Virus record (IMG/VR): IMGVR_UViG_3300042471_000812
Length of the DNA: 64,000 bases
Direction: 5' to 3' (one strand)
Source: an uncultured virus (IMG/VR IMGVR_UViG_3300042471_000812)
Lineage: Duplodnaviria; Heunggongvirae; Uroviricota; Caudoviricetes
Shown: positions 10,450 through 19,764 of the stretch, piece by piece
How the letters are laid out: every line of letters starts with the position of its first letter
Numbering within the stretch: the stretch's first letter is position 1
Program-made: the position numbers and the translations under genes
Notes under the pieces: generated by a model
What the model saw: only the letters and a program-made list of their open reading frames with translations
Database searches by the model: none
What the model was told of the DNA's origin: nothing

Positions 10450-10935
10450 TTAAAAAAGACAGTCCAGCACATTCGAGATAGTTTCTAAATCTTTTTTATG
10501 CTTTGGATTTAGACTTGAATAAGATTTTTTTGCTTCAATTGCATAATTCACGTTTTGAATGCAAATACTTATTTCAGTTTCATTCCTGGTAAATTTGTGT
10601 TTCGAGCATTGCAATTCTTCATCAGATACTTTAAAACAACAGGTTTTTACACCTGCTATTTTAGCCCCAGTTCTTTGTATTTCAATGCCATTTGTATTAG
10701 TAACCGTATCGGAAGTTATTTCTCCAATAGTTTCAACTGATAAATATCCATTTTTAGATAAACTTTCATTCATTCCAAAAAACAAATCAATATCAGAAAT
10801 AGGTCTATTAATTAATCCAACAGCATTTAAGGCAATTGATCCGCCGAAAACGGCATTTGGAGTTTGTTTAATAATCAGTGAAATTGCGTTGAATATTTCA
10901 TCTGAAAGGATTTCTTTATTTTCTAAGTTTTTCAT
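10450..10935 (-). CDS. Nucleotidyltransferase-fold protein (cassette-borne)
   Basis: FGGSIAL...ISDIDLF (GS + DxD) motif; very AT-rich; probable ATG at 10935. Confidence 0.65.
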   Translation of the reverse strand: MKNLENKEILSDEIFNAISLIIKQTPNAVFGGSIALNAVGLINRPISDIDLFFGMNESLSKNGYLSVETIGEITSDTVTNTNGIEIQRTGAKIAGVKTCCFKVSDEELQCSKHKFTRNETEISICIQNVNYAIEAKKSYSSLNPKHKKDLETISNVLDCLF

Positions 10936-10971
10936 ATTCTTGATTTTAAAATTTAACAAATAAAAGGCTGC

Positions 10972-11067
10972 GTATAACAGCGTGTTTATGCAAGCGGGCG
11001 GACAACTTGCGATTAGTAATTAAGTTCGTGCTATGCCCGCCTGACATAAACACGCAAAACGTTATTT
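10972..11067 (-). other. attC-like recombination hairpin
   Basis: Minus strand: TAAC...GCGTGTTTATGTCAGGCGGGC-loop-GCCCGCTTGCATAAACACGC-T-GTTA; imperfect palindrome with a bulged base between AAC and GTT cores. Confidence 0.7.
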
Positions 11068-11498
11068 ACACCCCAAACCTACAAACTATTTCAATACACA
11101 AATGTTAATAATAGTTAAAAGAAAAGCGGCCACAACGGATAGCATTATAACGGCAACATCTTCAACATCAAGATGCTCGCAGTTTACCACTTTGTTGTCA
11201 TAGTAGATAAACACTGATACCATGAGTAAAACAGCTATGGCAATCATGGCATGCAGATTATTATTGTATCTCCAACTTCATGTGGCTCGGAGGTGTATAG
11301 TTTTCCGCACTCCCCATCAATGGTTTTAACTTCATATTCTGGAATGCCCAAGGCCGCCGAAACGATAATCAATATCAACATTTTCATACGTTAAAAATTA
11401 CACCGTTAACTCTCCCTATGGCAAAAATAGTCAAGGGGATAAAATAAATCTTTACGCTCAGGACAATAATCCCTGCCCAGAGCAACAGCATAAATGCC

Positions 11499-11909
11499 TT
11501 AGTCAATACTTTTTTCATGTCTATAATCTTCACTTGTTGGTACTTCATAACCCATTCTCTCCAGGTACAAAACGCAATCGCTAACAAAGGTTTTGAGCCT
11601 ATTAAAGCTCATATCCCTCTTTCCCATTAGCACAGGGGTTTCCTCCCCAGTCAAAGGGTTATGCACATTTCTTTTTGCAAATTGAAACTTCAAAAAATCA
11701 TCTGCATAGCTCTCATCTGCCGGCTCGCCCATCTCTCTCAGGAAAGCCATGCAAACTTCCAGCACAACAGCGTGGTAGTAGGCATACATAGCCTCCTTGC
11801 CCCTATTCGCGGTGGTAATAACTACCCTGCCAGTCATTTTGGGCAGGAACTTCTTAAAGTCCTCATCAACAATAATCCTCCCTTCCTTTATCGTGGCGTA
11901 GATGGTCAT
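11499..11909 (-). CDS. NinB/YbcN-like protein
   Basis: YYHAVV...DDFLKFQF...F...C...GYEVP pattern. Confidence 0.45.
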   Translation of the reverse strand: MTIYATIKEGRIIVDEDFKKFLPKMTGRVVITTANRGKEAMYAYYHAVVLEVCMAFLREMGEPADESYADDFLKFQFAKRNVHNPLTGEETPVLMGKRDMSFNRLKTFVSDCVLYLERMGYEVPTSEDYRHEKSID

Positions 11910-12253
11910 GCGAATTGTTTTAACTCTTGGTAAAAGCCTCTGTCAAACTCTTTGGCATTGGATATTTGCTTGTCGTAGTATAGCAAGGTAGTTCTATCTT
12001 TACCTATGAATGCCCAGACAACTTTTCTGGCAATCTTTAGGGAGGAAAGGTAAAAGTATATTGCTATTCGGGCTTTTACAAGCTCCCGGTTCTTTTTCTT
12101 CCCACGAATATCCTCCAAGGTAACATTGTAGTAGGCCAAAATATGGTCAACAGAGTTCTGGGCGGCATCCATCTGCCTTATCCTGTTCTGTATCTCCAAC
12201 CCAAGCTCAATGAGTTGCAACTTATTCAATTCCGAAAGCCTTAAAGCGCTCAT
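11906..12253 (-). CDS. DnaA C-terminal (domain IV)-like HTH protein
   Basis: DIRGKKKNRELVKAR...IGKDRTTLLYY resembles the DnaA DNA-binding domain. Confidence 0.7.
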   Translation of the reverse strand: MSALRLSELNKLQLIELGLEIQNRIRQMDAAQNSVDHILAYYNVTLEDIRGKKKNRELVKARIAIYFYLSSLKIARKVVWAFIGKDRTTLLYYDKQISNAKEFDRGFYQELKQFA

Positions 12254-12590
12254 AAGATTGTGGATCGTGTTTTTGTATGTAGTCTAGTTTAACTCTTAAA
12301 TTGTTATGCCCCTTCACCTCCTGGGCATAAGCCTCCCAGCTTTCCCATTGGTGGTGGGCAGTTCTGCCTTCCAGCTGAATGTTATTCACGTCCCAAGCAA
12401 GTTCACTCTTACCCATTTCTTGGCATCGCTTAACGCTGATTATGTGGGAACAGTCTAGCCTTTCATCTGTCCGCCCTGAGGCGTGGCAGTAATGCTCTAC
12501 GCTATCCACCAGAGATTGCTTGGCTTCCTTTATCTTGGCATCAATGATGCTCTTAGACACTCTCCCTGAGCTTGTGTTGTAGTGATTCAT
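12222..12590 (-). CDS. NinG/HNH-like nuclease
   Basis: CHASG...LDCSHIIS...WDVNNI...HHQWE; probable ATG at 12590. Confidence 0.55.
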   Translation of the reverse strand: MNHYNTSSGRVSKSIIDAKIKEAKQSLVDSVEHYCHASGRTDERLDCSHIISVKRCQEMGKSELAWDVNNIQLEGRTAHHQWESWEAYAQEVKGHNNLRVKLDYIQKHDPQSYERFKAFGIE

Positions 12591-12951
12591 GGAGTTCAAG
12601 GAGTTGGTGGATATTGGCAAAGTTTTCCTCTATGTACCTATTGGGTTTAAAGGAGTTGGTGTATAGGGTGTGGTAGTTAGATATGAGTTCTTTCATTCTC
12701 ACAAAGTATTCCTCTGGGTGATAGTTTTTGCTTGTCTGTTCCCACCTAAACTTGTCTAGGGTTTCTTTGGCATGGAGTATCTCTCCGGCGTGTTCAACGG
12801 CGCCGTAAATCTCTTCCAAGTGCTGATAAACCAATACCATAATCGGGCCGAAAGATGCAAGCATAGCGTTCATGCTCGGCACCTGAACCAACCGGAACAA
12901 ATTCATAGGGATAACAGCCTTTAGCGTGTTATTTTCAACAACTATCTTCAT
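12553..12951 (-). CDS. Hypothetical protein
   Basis: ORF whose start codon abuts the IS left end. Confidence 0.6.
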   Translation of the reverse strand: MKIVVENNTLKAVIPMNLFRLVQVPSMNAMLASFGPIMVLVYQHLEEIYGAVEHAGEILHAKETLDKFRWEQTSKNYHPEEYFVRMKELISNYHTLYTNSFKPNRYIEENFANIHQLLELHESLQHKLRESV

Positions 12952-14225
12952 AGTATTGGAGCGTGAAACCCATTCATCACGTAGTGTGGATGGGAGGTAA
13001 GCGACACGCTAACGCCTTTAAAGTTAAACAAATTTAAAACTATTTTCTGATATAAGAAACTTTTAGTATTTTTGTACGTATTTATTATTGTATGAAACTC
13101 ACTTTGAAAATTAAACTTTTGCCTACTGATGAACAGGCTAACTTGCTTCTCGATACGATGAAGGAAGCTAATACTGTTTGCAATGCCATTTCTGAGGTGG
13201 CTTGGGAGAAGCGTATTTTCAATAATTTTAAACTCCATCACGAAGTTTACCATTCTTACAAAGCTACATTCAAACTTTCTTCTCAAATTCTTGTACGTTG
13301 TATTGCAAAAGTTGCTGATGCCTACAAACTTGATAAGAAAACCAAGAGAGAGTTTCGTCCACTTGGAAGTATTGGTTATGACAGTAGGATTATGACCTAC
13401 AAGCCGAATGATATTGTATCTCTTTGGGCTATTGGTGGTAGGATTAAAATACCTTTTGTGTGCCATAACCGAAATTATTTGCCTTACATTAAAGGTGAGG
13501 CGGATTTGGTTTACAAGAAAGGTAAATTTTACTTGTTTCAAACCGTTGATGTTCCCGAAGAAGAAGTAAAAGATATTGAAGAATTTATCGGAGTTGATAT
13601 GGGGCTGTTGGAAATAGCGGCACTTAGTAATGGCAAATCTTTTAATTCTAAAAAACTTAACGATTATAGAGAAAAACGACAAAAAGTAAGGAGTTCGCTT
13701 CAAAGCAAAGGTACGAAAGGCTGTAAAAAAGTCCTGAAACGATTGTCTGGCAAAGAACGAACTACAAGTACAATTATCAATCACACAATAAGCAAACAAA
13801 TTGTTCAACTTGCAAAATCCGAAGGTAAAGGAATTGCAATTGAGAATTTGAAAGGCATTAGATTTTCTGCTAACAAGAAAGGCAAAAAATTTAGAAGCAG
13901 AGTAGGAAAATGGAACTTCAATCAACTCAGAAGTTTTCTTACTTACAAGTGTTTGCTTAATGGCGTTAAATTGGTAGATGTGCCACCTGCTTATACGAGT
14001 AAGACTTGCCATAATTGTCTGCATATAGGCAATAGACAAGGCAAAAAATTTACTTGTAAAAACTGCAATTCTGTGTTTGATGCTGATGAAAATGCAGCAA
14101 AGAACATAGCATTGTTGGGGATGAATGTAAACCATCCTGAAAAGCCGAGTATGTTGTACTGTCAAGTGCATTCGTTCTTAGGTTTAAAGCCCATCCCATC
14201 GCTTTAGCGTGGGTGGGTAGTTTAC
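12952..14225 (+). mobile_element. Non-autonomous IS200/IS605 (IS1341-type) element, TnpB only
   Basis: Left-end hairpin 12969-12994 preceded by GAAA; right-end hairpin 14190-14218 preceded by AAAG and ending TTAC; follows TTCAT; no tnpA. Confidence 0.85.
13092..14207 (+). CDS. tnpB: RNA-guided endonuclease TnpB
   Basis: N-terminal HTH, RuvC GVDMG / IAIENL / DADENAA, zinc finger CHNC...CKNC. Confidence 0.95.
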   Translation: MKLTLKIKLLPTDEQANLLLDTMKEANTVCNAISEVAWEKRIFNNFKLHHEVYHSYKATFKLSSQILVRCIAKVADAYKLDKKTKREFRPLGSIGYDSRIMTYKPNDIVSLWAIGGRIKIPFVCHNRNYLPYIKGEADLVYKKGKFYLFQTVDVPEEEVKDIEEFIGVDMGLLEIAALSNGKSFNSKKLNDYREKRQKVRSSLQSKGTKGCKKVLKRLSGKERTTSTIINHTISKQIVQLAKSEGKGIAIENLKGIRFSANKKGKKFRSRVGKWNFNQLRSFLTYKCLLNGVKLVDVPPAYTSKTCHNCLHIGNRQGKKFTCKNCNSVFDADENAAKNIALLGMNVNHPEKPSMLYCQVHSFLGLKPIPSL

Positions 14226-14620
14226 ATAAACTTCGTTGTAATTCCAAGTAACTTAAAAATCTTTTCGCAATCTTTGAACCGTATTGGCCGGTAGCCACCA
14301 TGCAGCCGAAAGAACTTGTCGTAAGACATATCCAGCAGGTTAGCCACTTGGGCTACCTTTAGCTTCTTGGCTACCATTGCATAGCGGATAACCTCTAGGA
14401 ATGGCCGGTCGGTGTGGGGAGTGTACGTGCCCCTGAACTTCACCTTAAACTCTAAGGCTATGCTCATGGCTTTGAGATACCTTACCACAAGCTTCATATC
14501 AACATCTTCACCACTTTCAATCCTTGGGCCGGAAGAACTATCAACCTCTTTCAAGGTCATGTTCCTAGCCTTGCGAAGGGCTTGTAGGTTTCGGCCTAGT
14601 GCCATACCACTTTCTGTCAT
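14222..14620 (-). CDS. Tandem XRE-type HTH regulator
   Basis: LQALRKARNMTLKEV and second HTH LKVAQVANLLDMS; probable ATG at 14620 (ATGA overlap with upstream stop). Confidence 0.7.
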   Translation of the reverse strand: MTESGMALGRNLQALRKARNMTLKEVDSSSGPRIESGEDVDMKLVVRYLKAMSIALEFKVKFRGTYTPHTDRPFLEVIRYAMVAKKLKVAQVANLLDMSYDKFFRLHGGYRPIRFKDCEKIFKLLGITTKFM

Positions 14621-15093
14621 AGTAGTTGGTTTACTTTTTGGATTAAACTTTCGCCGATATACTCTCGGCAAATGTCTGCGGTTTGTTGGCGGTTTAAGGC
14701 ATCACTATAAGCATCAGCAGCAGCAGCATAAGCAGCATAAGCAGCAGCAGCATAAGCATCAGCAGCAGCAGCATAAGCAGCATCAGCAGCAGCACGAGAA
14801 GCAGCAGCAGCAGCGTCTAACTCTTCACGAGTAGCTTTGCCTTCGCCAAATGCAATAGCTACATTAACAGCGTTTATACTTCGCTCGTCTTTCATTAAAT
14901 GCCTTATTGTATTGGCATAATGCCCTTTTGCTAATGTGCAAAGTCGCAAATCTGCATCAACTTTTTTGGCAAGCCACAGCAACCAATCCCCTTGGTGGCA
15001 GGTTGCAACTACTTCTTCAATGGGCATATCACCTGCCCATTCTCTTGCACTTTCGCAAGCGTCTAATTCGATTAAAAGTTCTTTGAATGTCAT
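14617..15093 (-). CDS. Hypothetical protein with Ala-rich AAADAY repeats
   Basis: ACESAREW, GDWLLWL, AAAADAYAAA tract. Confidence 0.7.
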   Translation of the reverse strand: MTFKELLIELDACESAREWAGDMPIEEVVATCHQGDWLLWLAKKVDADLRLCTLAKGHYANTIRHLMKDERSINAVNVAIAFGEGKATREELDAAAAASRAAADAAYAAAADAYAAAAYAAYAAAADAYSDALNRQQTADICREYIGESLIQKVNQLL

Positions 15094-15347
15094 TGTGTTT
15101 GTTTTAATCGCATTCGATAAATTGAAGTCTGGATGGCGATAAGCACCCCCAGGTTCTTTTTTTTGCAGTAGTCCATGTGGCCGTACTTCTTGCCGTTGTG
15201 CTGAACATCATAGATAACAAACACATCTTCCCCTTCAAAATTCTCTAGGGCGGCCCTGGCGGCAAGGTAGTGGCCGGTTAACTCATTCGGCGAGTCGAAC
15301 TCATCGGTTAGCTCTGTGCCGTTAATCGTTACGGTAATGGTTCCCAT
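15090..15347 (-). CDS. Hypothetical protein
   Basis: Coupled ORF. Confidence 0.55.
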   Translation of the reverse strand: MGTITVTINGTELTDEFDSPNELTGHYLAARAALENFEGEDVFVIYDVQHNGKKYGHMDYCKKKNLGVLIAIQTSIYRMRLKQTQ

Positions 15348-15559
15348 ATACTGTACTCTGAGCTATCAATCTTTGGGTTGATTGCCTTAAAGCCTCGGTC
15401 ATAAACCCTAGGGAACATAAAGCCCCCTTTAGAGGCTGTGGTAGCATCTACTTGGTCGATTGTAATTCTCATTTCGCCTTGCCAAGCGCTGATGACTACA
15501 ACATCACCCACTTGCAGTTTTTCGCCATAAACTCTGGATCTCTTTTTATCTTTTGCCAT
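15329..15559 (-). CDS. Hypothetical protein
   Basis: ORF downstream of a TACCTTTG promoter element (15585-15592, minus). Confidence 0.55.
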   Translation of the reverse strand: MAKDKKRSRVYGEKLQVGDVVVISAWQGEMRITIDQVDATTASKGGFMFPRVYDRGFKAINPKIDSSEYSIWEPLP

Positions 15560-15692
15560 TGGTTAAAAATTTAAAGGTTTGGAACAAAGGTATAAATTTA
15601 TTCAGGGTTACCAAGTATTTGCAAAAAAATACCCCCCTATCTTTCAAGGGGGAGTATCTTACCCTTACCTGCAAACACTTATTGTTAATACT

Positions 15693-16115
15693 CTAATAAG
15701 TATCTTCTGTACTTAACTTATTGTCCCTCAGCATCTTAGCAGCAGTTTTCTTTGAGTTAATTCCTTTAGTGAGTGCAATGGAATCTTTTATCGAATCGGC
15801 AAGGTCGCCGAAAAGTATTTCTTGCAAGGGCACTTTAAGATACCAGCTCAGCACAATAAGTTCCGAGAGTTCAATCCTAGGGTAGTAGCCTTTCCTATCT
15901 TTCAACAAGTACCTACATATCCCTAGTTTATTCCTTTTCAGATACCTAGTGAGGAACACCGGAGGCGTGCCGCTAGTCATAAGAATAGCCCTTACATTCT
16001 CCTCTATCTTTAGGAGCATAACCTCAGCATTAAGGAGTGCATCGTACTTTAGAGGCTGTTGATTCCATTTATTCTCCCGCCATCCTCTTGCTCTATGCTT
16101 GCTAGTGTCGGCCAT
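15693..16115 (-). CDS. Hypothetical, possibly degenerate HTH protein
   Basis: PRIELSELIVLSWYLKVPLQEIL resembles an XRE C-terminal helix pair. Confidence 0.5.
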   Translation of the reverse strand: MADTSKHRARGWRENKWNQQPLKYDALLNAEVMLLKIEENVRAILMTSGTPPVFLTRYLKRNKLGICRYLLKDRKGYYPRIELSELIVLSWYLKVPLQEILFGDLADSIKDSIALTKGINSKKTAAKMLRDNKLSTEDTY

Positions 16116-16142
16116 AGTAGTATGATTGCAATTATGTAAAGT

Positions 16143-16514
16143 TTAAGAAGGCAAAGAACTAACAATAACGCTAGTACCGCCGGTCTCTTTATCAACCCGT
16201 AAAGATACATCCGCACCCTTGACAAACGCCTTGACGCTTTCAGCCGAAAGCCCAAGGTTGTTAATATCCTGCCTGCCATATCTTTCAACATTAAGGTTGG
16301 GGAGTGTTACCTTGCCGGCTTGCAAGTCTATCAGCGGGGTTACCTCGTTGCTGGGTAAAATCCAATCCTGCCCACTCCTCACAATTCCCTTCGAGGCGAG
16401 GAGTCGGATCAAGAATAAGTTGCTTTCCGGGCCGGAGCCTGCAAAGATTATCCGGTAGATAGCTTCCTGAGGTGTTTCCTCCAGGCTGATTAAAACTCTT
16501 AAAGGTGTTTTCAT
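16143..16514 (-). CDS. Hypothetical protein
   Basis: ORF in the operon. Confidence 0.5.
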   Translation of the reverse strand: MKTPLRVLISLEETPQEAIYRIIFAGSGPESNLFLIRLLASKGIVRSGQDWILPSNEVTPLIDLQAGKVTLPNLNVERYGRQDINNLGLSAESVKAFVKGADVSLRVDKETGGTSVIVSSLPS

Positions 16515-16782
16515 TTTTCAAAGTATTTGCGAAGTCATTAAAATCTTTAGCTGGGTTAGCGTTAACGGTTGATTGTACTTTTATCATAACTCAATGTAAT
16601 GGTTAATAAAATTCTCAGGGTTTGCCCTTCGGCGCTTATACCTTTCCCGCGCTACCTTTATTTGATTCTGGGTAAAGGTATAATTAGAAGGTGAGGTAAA
16701 CAATAGGTGGATAACAATCCCAATGGCTAATGACCAAAGGGGGATAATAAGCAGCAGTATCATATCTTTCAACTAATAAGGG

Positions 16783-17007
16783 TTAATGGTTTGAGAATAA
16801 AGGTTTTAGGGCGTGGTAATCCTCCCTGCTTATTTCGGTGAAATCGTGGTAACCGTCAAAGGCTTCCAAGAGCTTAGAGGGGGGTGTTACGCCGTTGATA
16901 AAGGCGTACACGTTGCCTAGTTTAGAGGTTACCTGTTTGCCGGAGCGATACTGCTCAACGGCATCTAAACCAAACAGGAAATAGGTGGTGCTGATTTCAA
17001 TTTTCAT
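16783..17007 (-). CDS. Hypothetical protein
   Basis: ORF with AACCCTT leader. Confidence 0.55.
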   Translation of the reverse strand: MKIEISTTYFLFGLDAVEQYRSGKQVTSKLGNVYAFINGVTPPSKLLEAFDGYHDFTEISREDYHALKPLFSNH

Positions 17008-17025
17008 GGTTGAATTGTTTAAGGG

Positions 17026-17637
17026 TTAATAGTTTTTACAAGCAAGCCTTGCGTCTTCTAAAGTTTCCCCAAGGTATTCATGTAAGTTCAAGGAAAAATA
17101 GTATCCAGCATCATAATCCCCTGTTCCATTTGAGTAAGGTTCTTTAAGAAAAAATATCTCATCTTCAGCATGCTCAAAAGGAGGTGTATCCCAAGATAAA
17201 ACTTCGTTAATCTCTCCGTTTTCGCAAACGAAAGAAGCTCCAAAACCTTGCTCTTCTTCCCATTCAAAAGTAAAGTTTGGGATAATTTTGGATAGCATCT
17301 CAAGTATGTTTAGTGAAACCGGACACCAAGCTGTGGTAAAACGATATGTGTCTCCATCCATTTCGTTGTCATAGGCGCCCCACTTGGTACCCCAATTTTG
17401 ATGCGCCCATTCATACCAATTATTTTGTCCGTACTTTTTAATAAGCTCTTGGCTTTCTTCTTGTGTTATTCCAATCTCCCCATTTTCCTTTTCAAGTTGG
17501 GAAATGATTCGTGTTGGAGCGGTAGTGTTTACCAGTTCTTGTGGCATAGGCACAAGGAACTGTGGTAGCCCTACTTTTGCAATTTCTTTTAATAGTTCTG
17601 AGTCAGAACTAAGGTGGCAATAAACGTGATTAGGCAT
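17026..17637 (-). CDS. YubB/DUF1281 ferredoxin-like domain protein
   Basis: MPNH, NWYEWAHQNWGTKW, FTTAW motifs. Confidence 0.8.
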   Translation of the reverse strand: MPNHVYCHLSSDSELLKEIAKVGLPQFLVPMPQELVNTTAPTRIISQLEKENGEIGITQEESQELIKKYGQNNWYEWAHQNWGTKWGAYDNEMDGDTYRFTTAWCPVSLNILEMLSKIIPNFTFEWEEEQGFGASFVCENGEINEVLSWDTPPFEHAEDEIFFLKEPYSNGTGDYDAGYYFSLNLHEYLGETLEDARLACKNY

Positions 17638-17713
17638 AGTTGTAAGTATTAAAGGTGGTTAATGGTTAGTGGTTAAATGTTAAGGGTTAAAGGAGCGGTA
17701 TCATATTCATCTA

Positions 17714-17935
17714 CTAAATGTGCAAAAGGGTTGATTTTAGATGGTGTTCGGTTGCCTTGATATATCCGAGTAGGAAAAAGTTAAGATGCTCGTAGCCTAG
17801 GGAGGGGCTTATACATATACCTTCCTTCGTGGCGTAGTAGTGTTTAATCTTTTTCCGCCTGTCTAGGTGGTGCCATTCGTGTACCACTAGGCCGCATTTA
17901 TCGGCGGCGTTCTGGAGTGATTGCAGTTCGTTCAT
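17714..17935 (-). CDS. Hypothetical protein
   Basis: ORF with AACCCT leader. Confidence 0.55.
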   Translation of the reverse strand: MNELQSLQNAADKCGLVVHEWHHLDRRKKIKHYYATKEGICISPSLGYEHLNFFLLGYIKATEHHLKSTLLHI

Positions 17936-17998
17936 AGGGTTAAGGGTTAATTTAAGGTTTGAATAAAGCGCCGGAATGGGTAGCGGCGCCGAAAGATA

Positions 17999-18427
17999 TT
18001 AAAGGTTAAAATTATCAGCAAAGGAGTAATAATCCTCCTCGGTTAGAATAATGTGGTCAAGTACTTGGCAATCAAAGAATGCTGCCATGTCTTTAATTTT
18101 CTTTGTTATGTCCTTGTCCTGTTGGCTTGGCGTAAGGTTCCCAGATGGGTGGTTGTGGGCTAAGATAACCCCATAGCACATTGTTTCGGCGATGTACTTG
18201 GCGATGATTTTAATATCAACATAGGTCCCGGCCACGCCGCCTTGGCTAATCTTTACGAAGCCTACTGTGCTGTTTGCTCGGTTGACTAGGAGCATAAAAA
18301 AGCTCTCGTAGATTCCAATATCATCGGAGTAAAACTGCCGGATAAATTCTTCTGCTGCTTTGCTAGTGGTTATCTTGACCTTTGGAAAGTCGGTTTTTGT
18401 TTTTTTGATGGTTAGTTCAGGTGTCAT
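17999..18427 (-). CDS. RadC-like JAB domain protein
   Basis: E...ILAHNHPSGNLTPSQQD...VLDHII. Confidence 0.9.
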   Translation of the reverse strand: MTPELTIKKTKTDFPKVKITTSKAAEEFIRQFYSDDIGIYESFFMLLVNRANSTVGFVKISQGGVAGTYVDIKIIAKYIAETMCYGVILAHNHPSGNLTPSQQDKDITKKIKDMAAFFDCQVLDHIILTEEDYYSFADNFNL

Positions 18428-18453
18428 GGTTATTTATTTAAGGTTTGAAAAAG

Positions 18454-18478
18454 AGCGCCGATTTTTAGGCCGGCGCCG
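18454..18478 (-). terminator. GC-rich hairpin followed by a U-tract (near-identical copy at 19800-19825, variant at 17968-17990)
   Basis: Minus strand GGCGCCGG-CCTAAAAA-(T/C)CGGCGCTC-TTTT just after a stop codon. Confidence 0.6.
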
Positions 18479-18489
18479 AAGGGGTTAAT

Positions 18490-19764
18490 TTAATCGTTGT
18501 TAATCATTACAGGCATTAACAAAGAGGTAAGGTTAAAGAGCGAAGGCCTAGGCTCACCAAAGTAGTGGATTGTAACCTCGTCCGCCTCAATACTCTTTAG
18601 CACGTCGATAAGGAGCGCAGCATTGTACCCTATCTTAATACTTCCAGAGGCGGGAGCGGTGGCGGCAAAGTTCGTACCTCTGTCAAGGTCGGAGGCGCTT
18701 ACATTCAGCCTTTCGCCCTCGCAGGTCAATACCACTAGCTTTGTATCTTTGTGCGCTGCTTTAAGGGCATTTTCTAGCAAAGGTAAAAGCGCCTTTTTGC
18801 TAAAGGTTAAGGTCGATTCGGCGCTGTCTGGATTCGGCATGATTGCTTCATACTTTGGATATATCGCATCAACCAACCATTCCCTTCCTAAAGTAACTCC
18901 AATATCTTCAAAGGTGGCGTAATCAGTATGTCCCTTAATTTGCGAATGTTTAAGAAGCTCTAGGGCTGCCTTTGATAGGATCACCCCCTCGCTCTCAAAT
19001 TGTGCCTCTAGGACGCGTAAACGGTGGGCATCGGTGGCGCATATCTTACCATTAGCAAAGTAGGCGCCGTTCATTGCTGGTTTTAATTCGTTCTTGCTTA
19101 GGAATGTTTTGAGGGTGTCAAAAGCGTTAAGCGCGCTGGAGCTGATAAGTAGTTTACCCGCTTTGTCGATATTAAAGCTTTCCTCGGTGGGTGTTACGCC
19201 TGCCTTCATTCCATTCTCAAAGGTGGCGATTCCTTCCTGAATGTTTACCGGTATGCCGTTGTCCTTAATAAACGAAGCTTCAATACTTACTTTGCCAAAG
19301 GTGGCGTCCAGTTCGTAGTGAACCGGCCCTATCTTAGAGAAATAGCTTAGCACGTTACCCTCCAGGATTGCGTATGGTGCCGCCTTGCTTATAGGTAAGA
19401 TCCTGAATAGTTCTTTTACCCCAAACTTTGCGGAGCGCTTAGCTCGCGGAGGGGTTGGTGGTGTTGGTGGCGTTGATGGTATAACCGGCGCGTCCTGGAT
19501 AACTACCTTAGGCGCTTCGTGTACCACTACCTTGGGCGCTTCCATTGTAACACTTGCGAGGGTAATGGGTGCGGCGGTGGGTGCGGAGTAAATGATGGCC
19601 TCAAAGGTCTCCCGTTTCTTTGCTGAAGCAATCCAGCCAGGGCCTCCCTTTAAGTATGGGTTGAACTTCGCGCCGGCATCCCTGAGCGCGTCCTTTATGG
19701 GCTTAGTGTCTCCGTGAATTTTGATAGCTTTTTCGCTGTAATTTTCAATTTGAATCTGTAACAT
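18490..19764 (-). CDS. Fusion: N-terminal YSEKAI/GDTK domain, Pro-rich linker, C-terminal beta-clamp-like domains
   Basis: KPAMNG, ATDAHRL, YPKYEAI, GYNAALLIDVL, LLMPV match the DnaN C-terminal two thirds. Confidence 0.75.
   Translation of the reverse strand: MLQIQIENYSEKAIKIHGDTKPIKDALRDAGAKFNPYLKGGPGWIASAKKRETFEAIIYSAPTAAPITLASVTMEAPKVVVHEAPKVVIQDAPVIPSTPPTPPTPPRAKRSAKFGVKELFRILPISKAAPYAILEGNVLSYFSKIGPVHYELDATFGKVSIEASFIKDNGIPVNIQEGIATFENGMKAGVTPTEESFNIDKAGKLLISSSALNAFDTLKTFLSKNELKPAMNGAYFANGKICATDAHRLRVLEAQFESEGVILSKAALELLKHSQIKGHTDYATFEDIGVTLGREWLVDAIYPKYEAIMPNPDSAESTLTFSKKALLPLLENALKAAHKDTKLVVLTCEGERLNVSASDLDRGTNFAATAPASGSIKIGYNAALLIDVLKSIEADEVTIHYFGEPRPSLFNLTSLLMPVMINND

Larger units (their letters stand above)
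10372..11137 (-). repeat. 38-bp direct repeat (promoter region) flanking an inserted gene
   Basis: AAATGTTAA(A/T)AATAGTTAAAAGAAAAGCGGCCACAACG at 10372-10409 and 11100-11137, one mismatch. Confidence 0.9.

Noticed and set aside
12948..14171. 407-aa minus-strand ORF
   Set aside because: Antisense shadow of tnpB, which carries all the expected motifs.
14412..14834. Plus-strand ORF with poly-Gln/His tract
   Set aside because: Reverse reading of the GCT/GAT/TAT Ala-rich repeat of the 14617-15093 gene.
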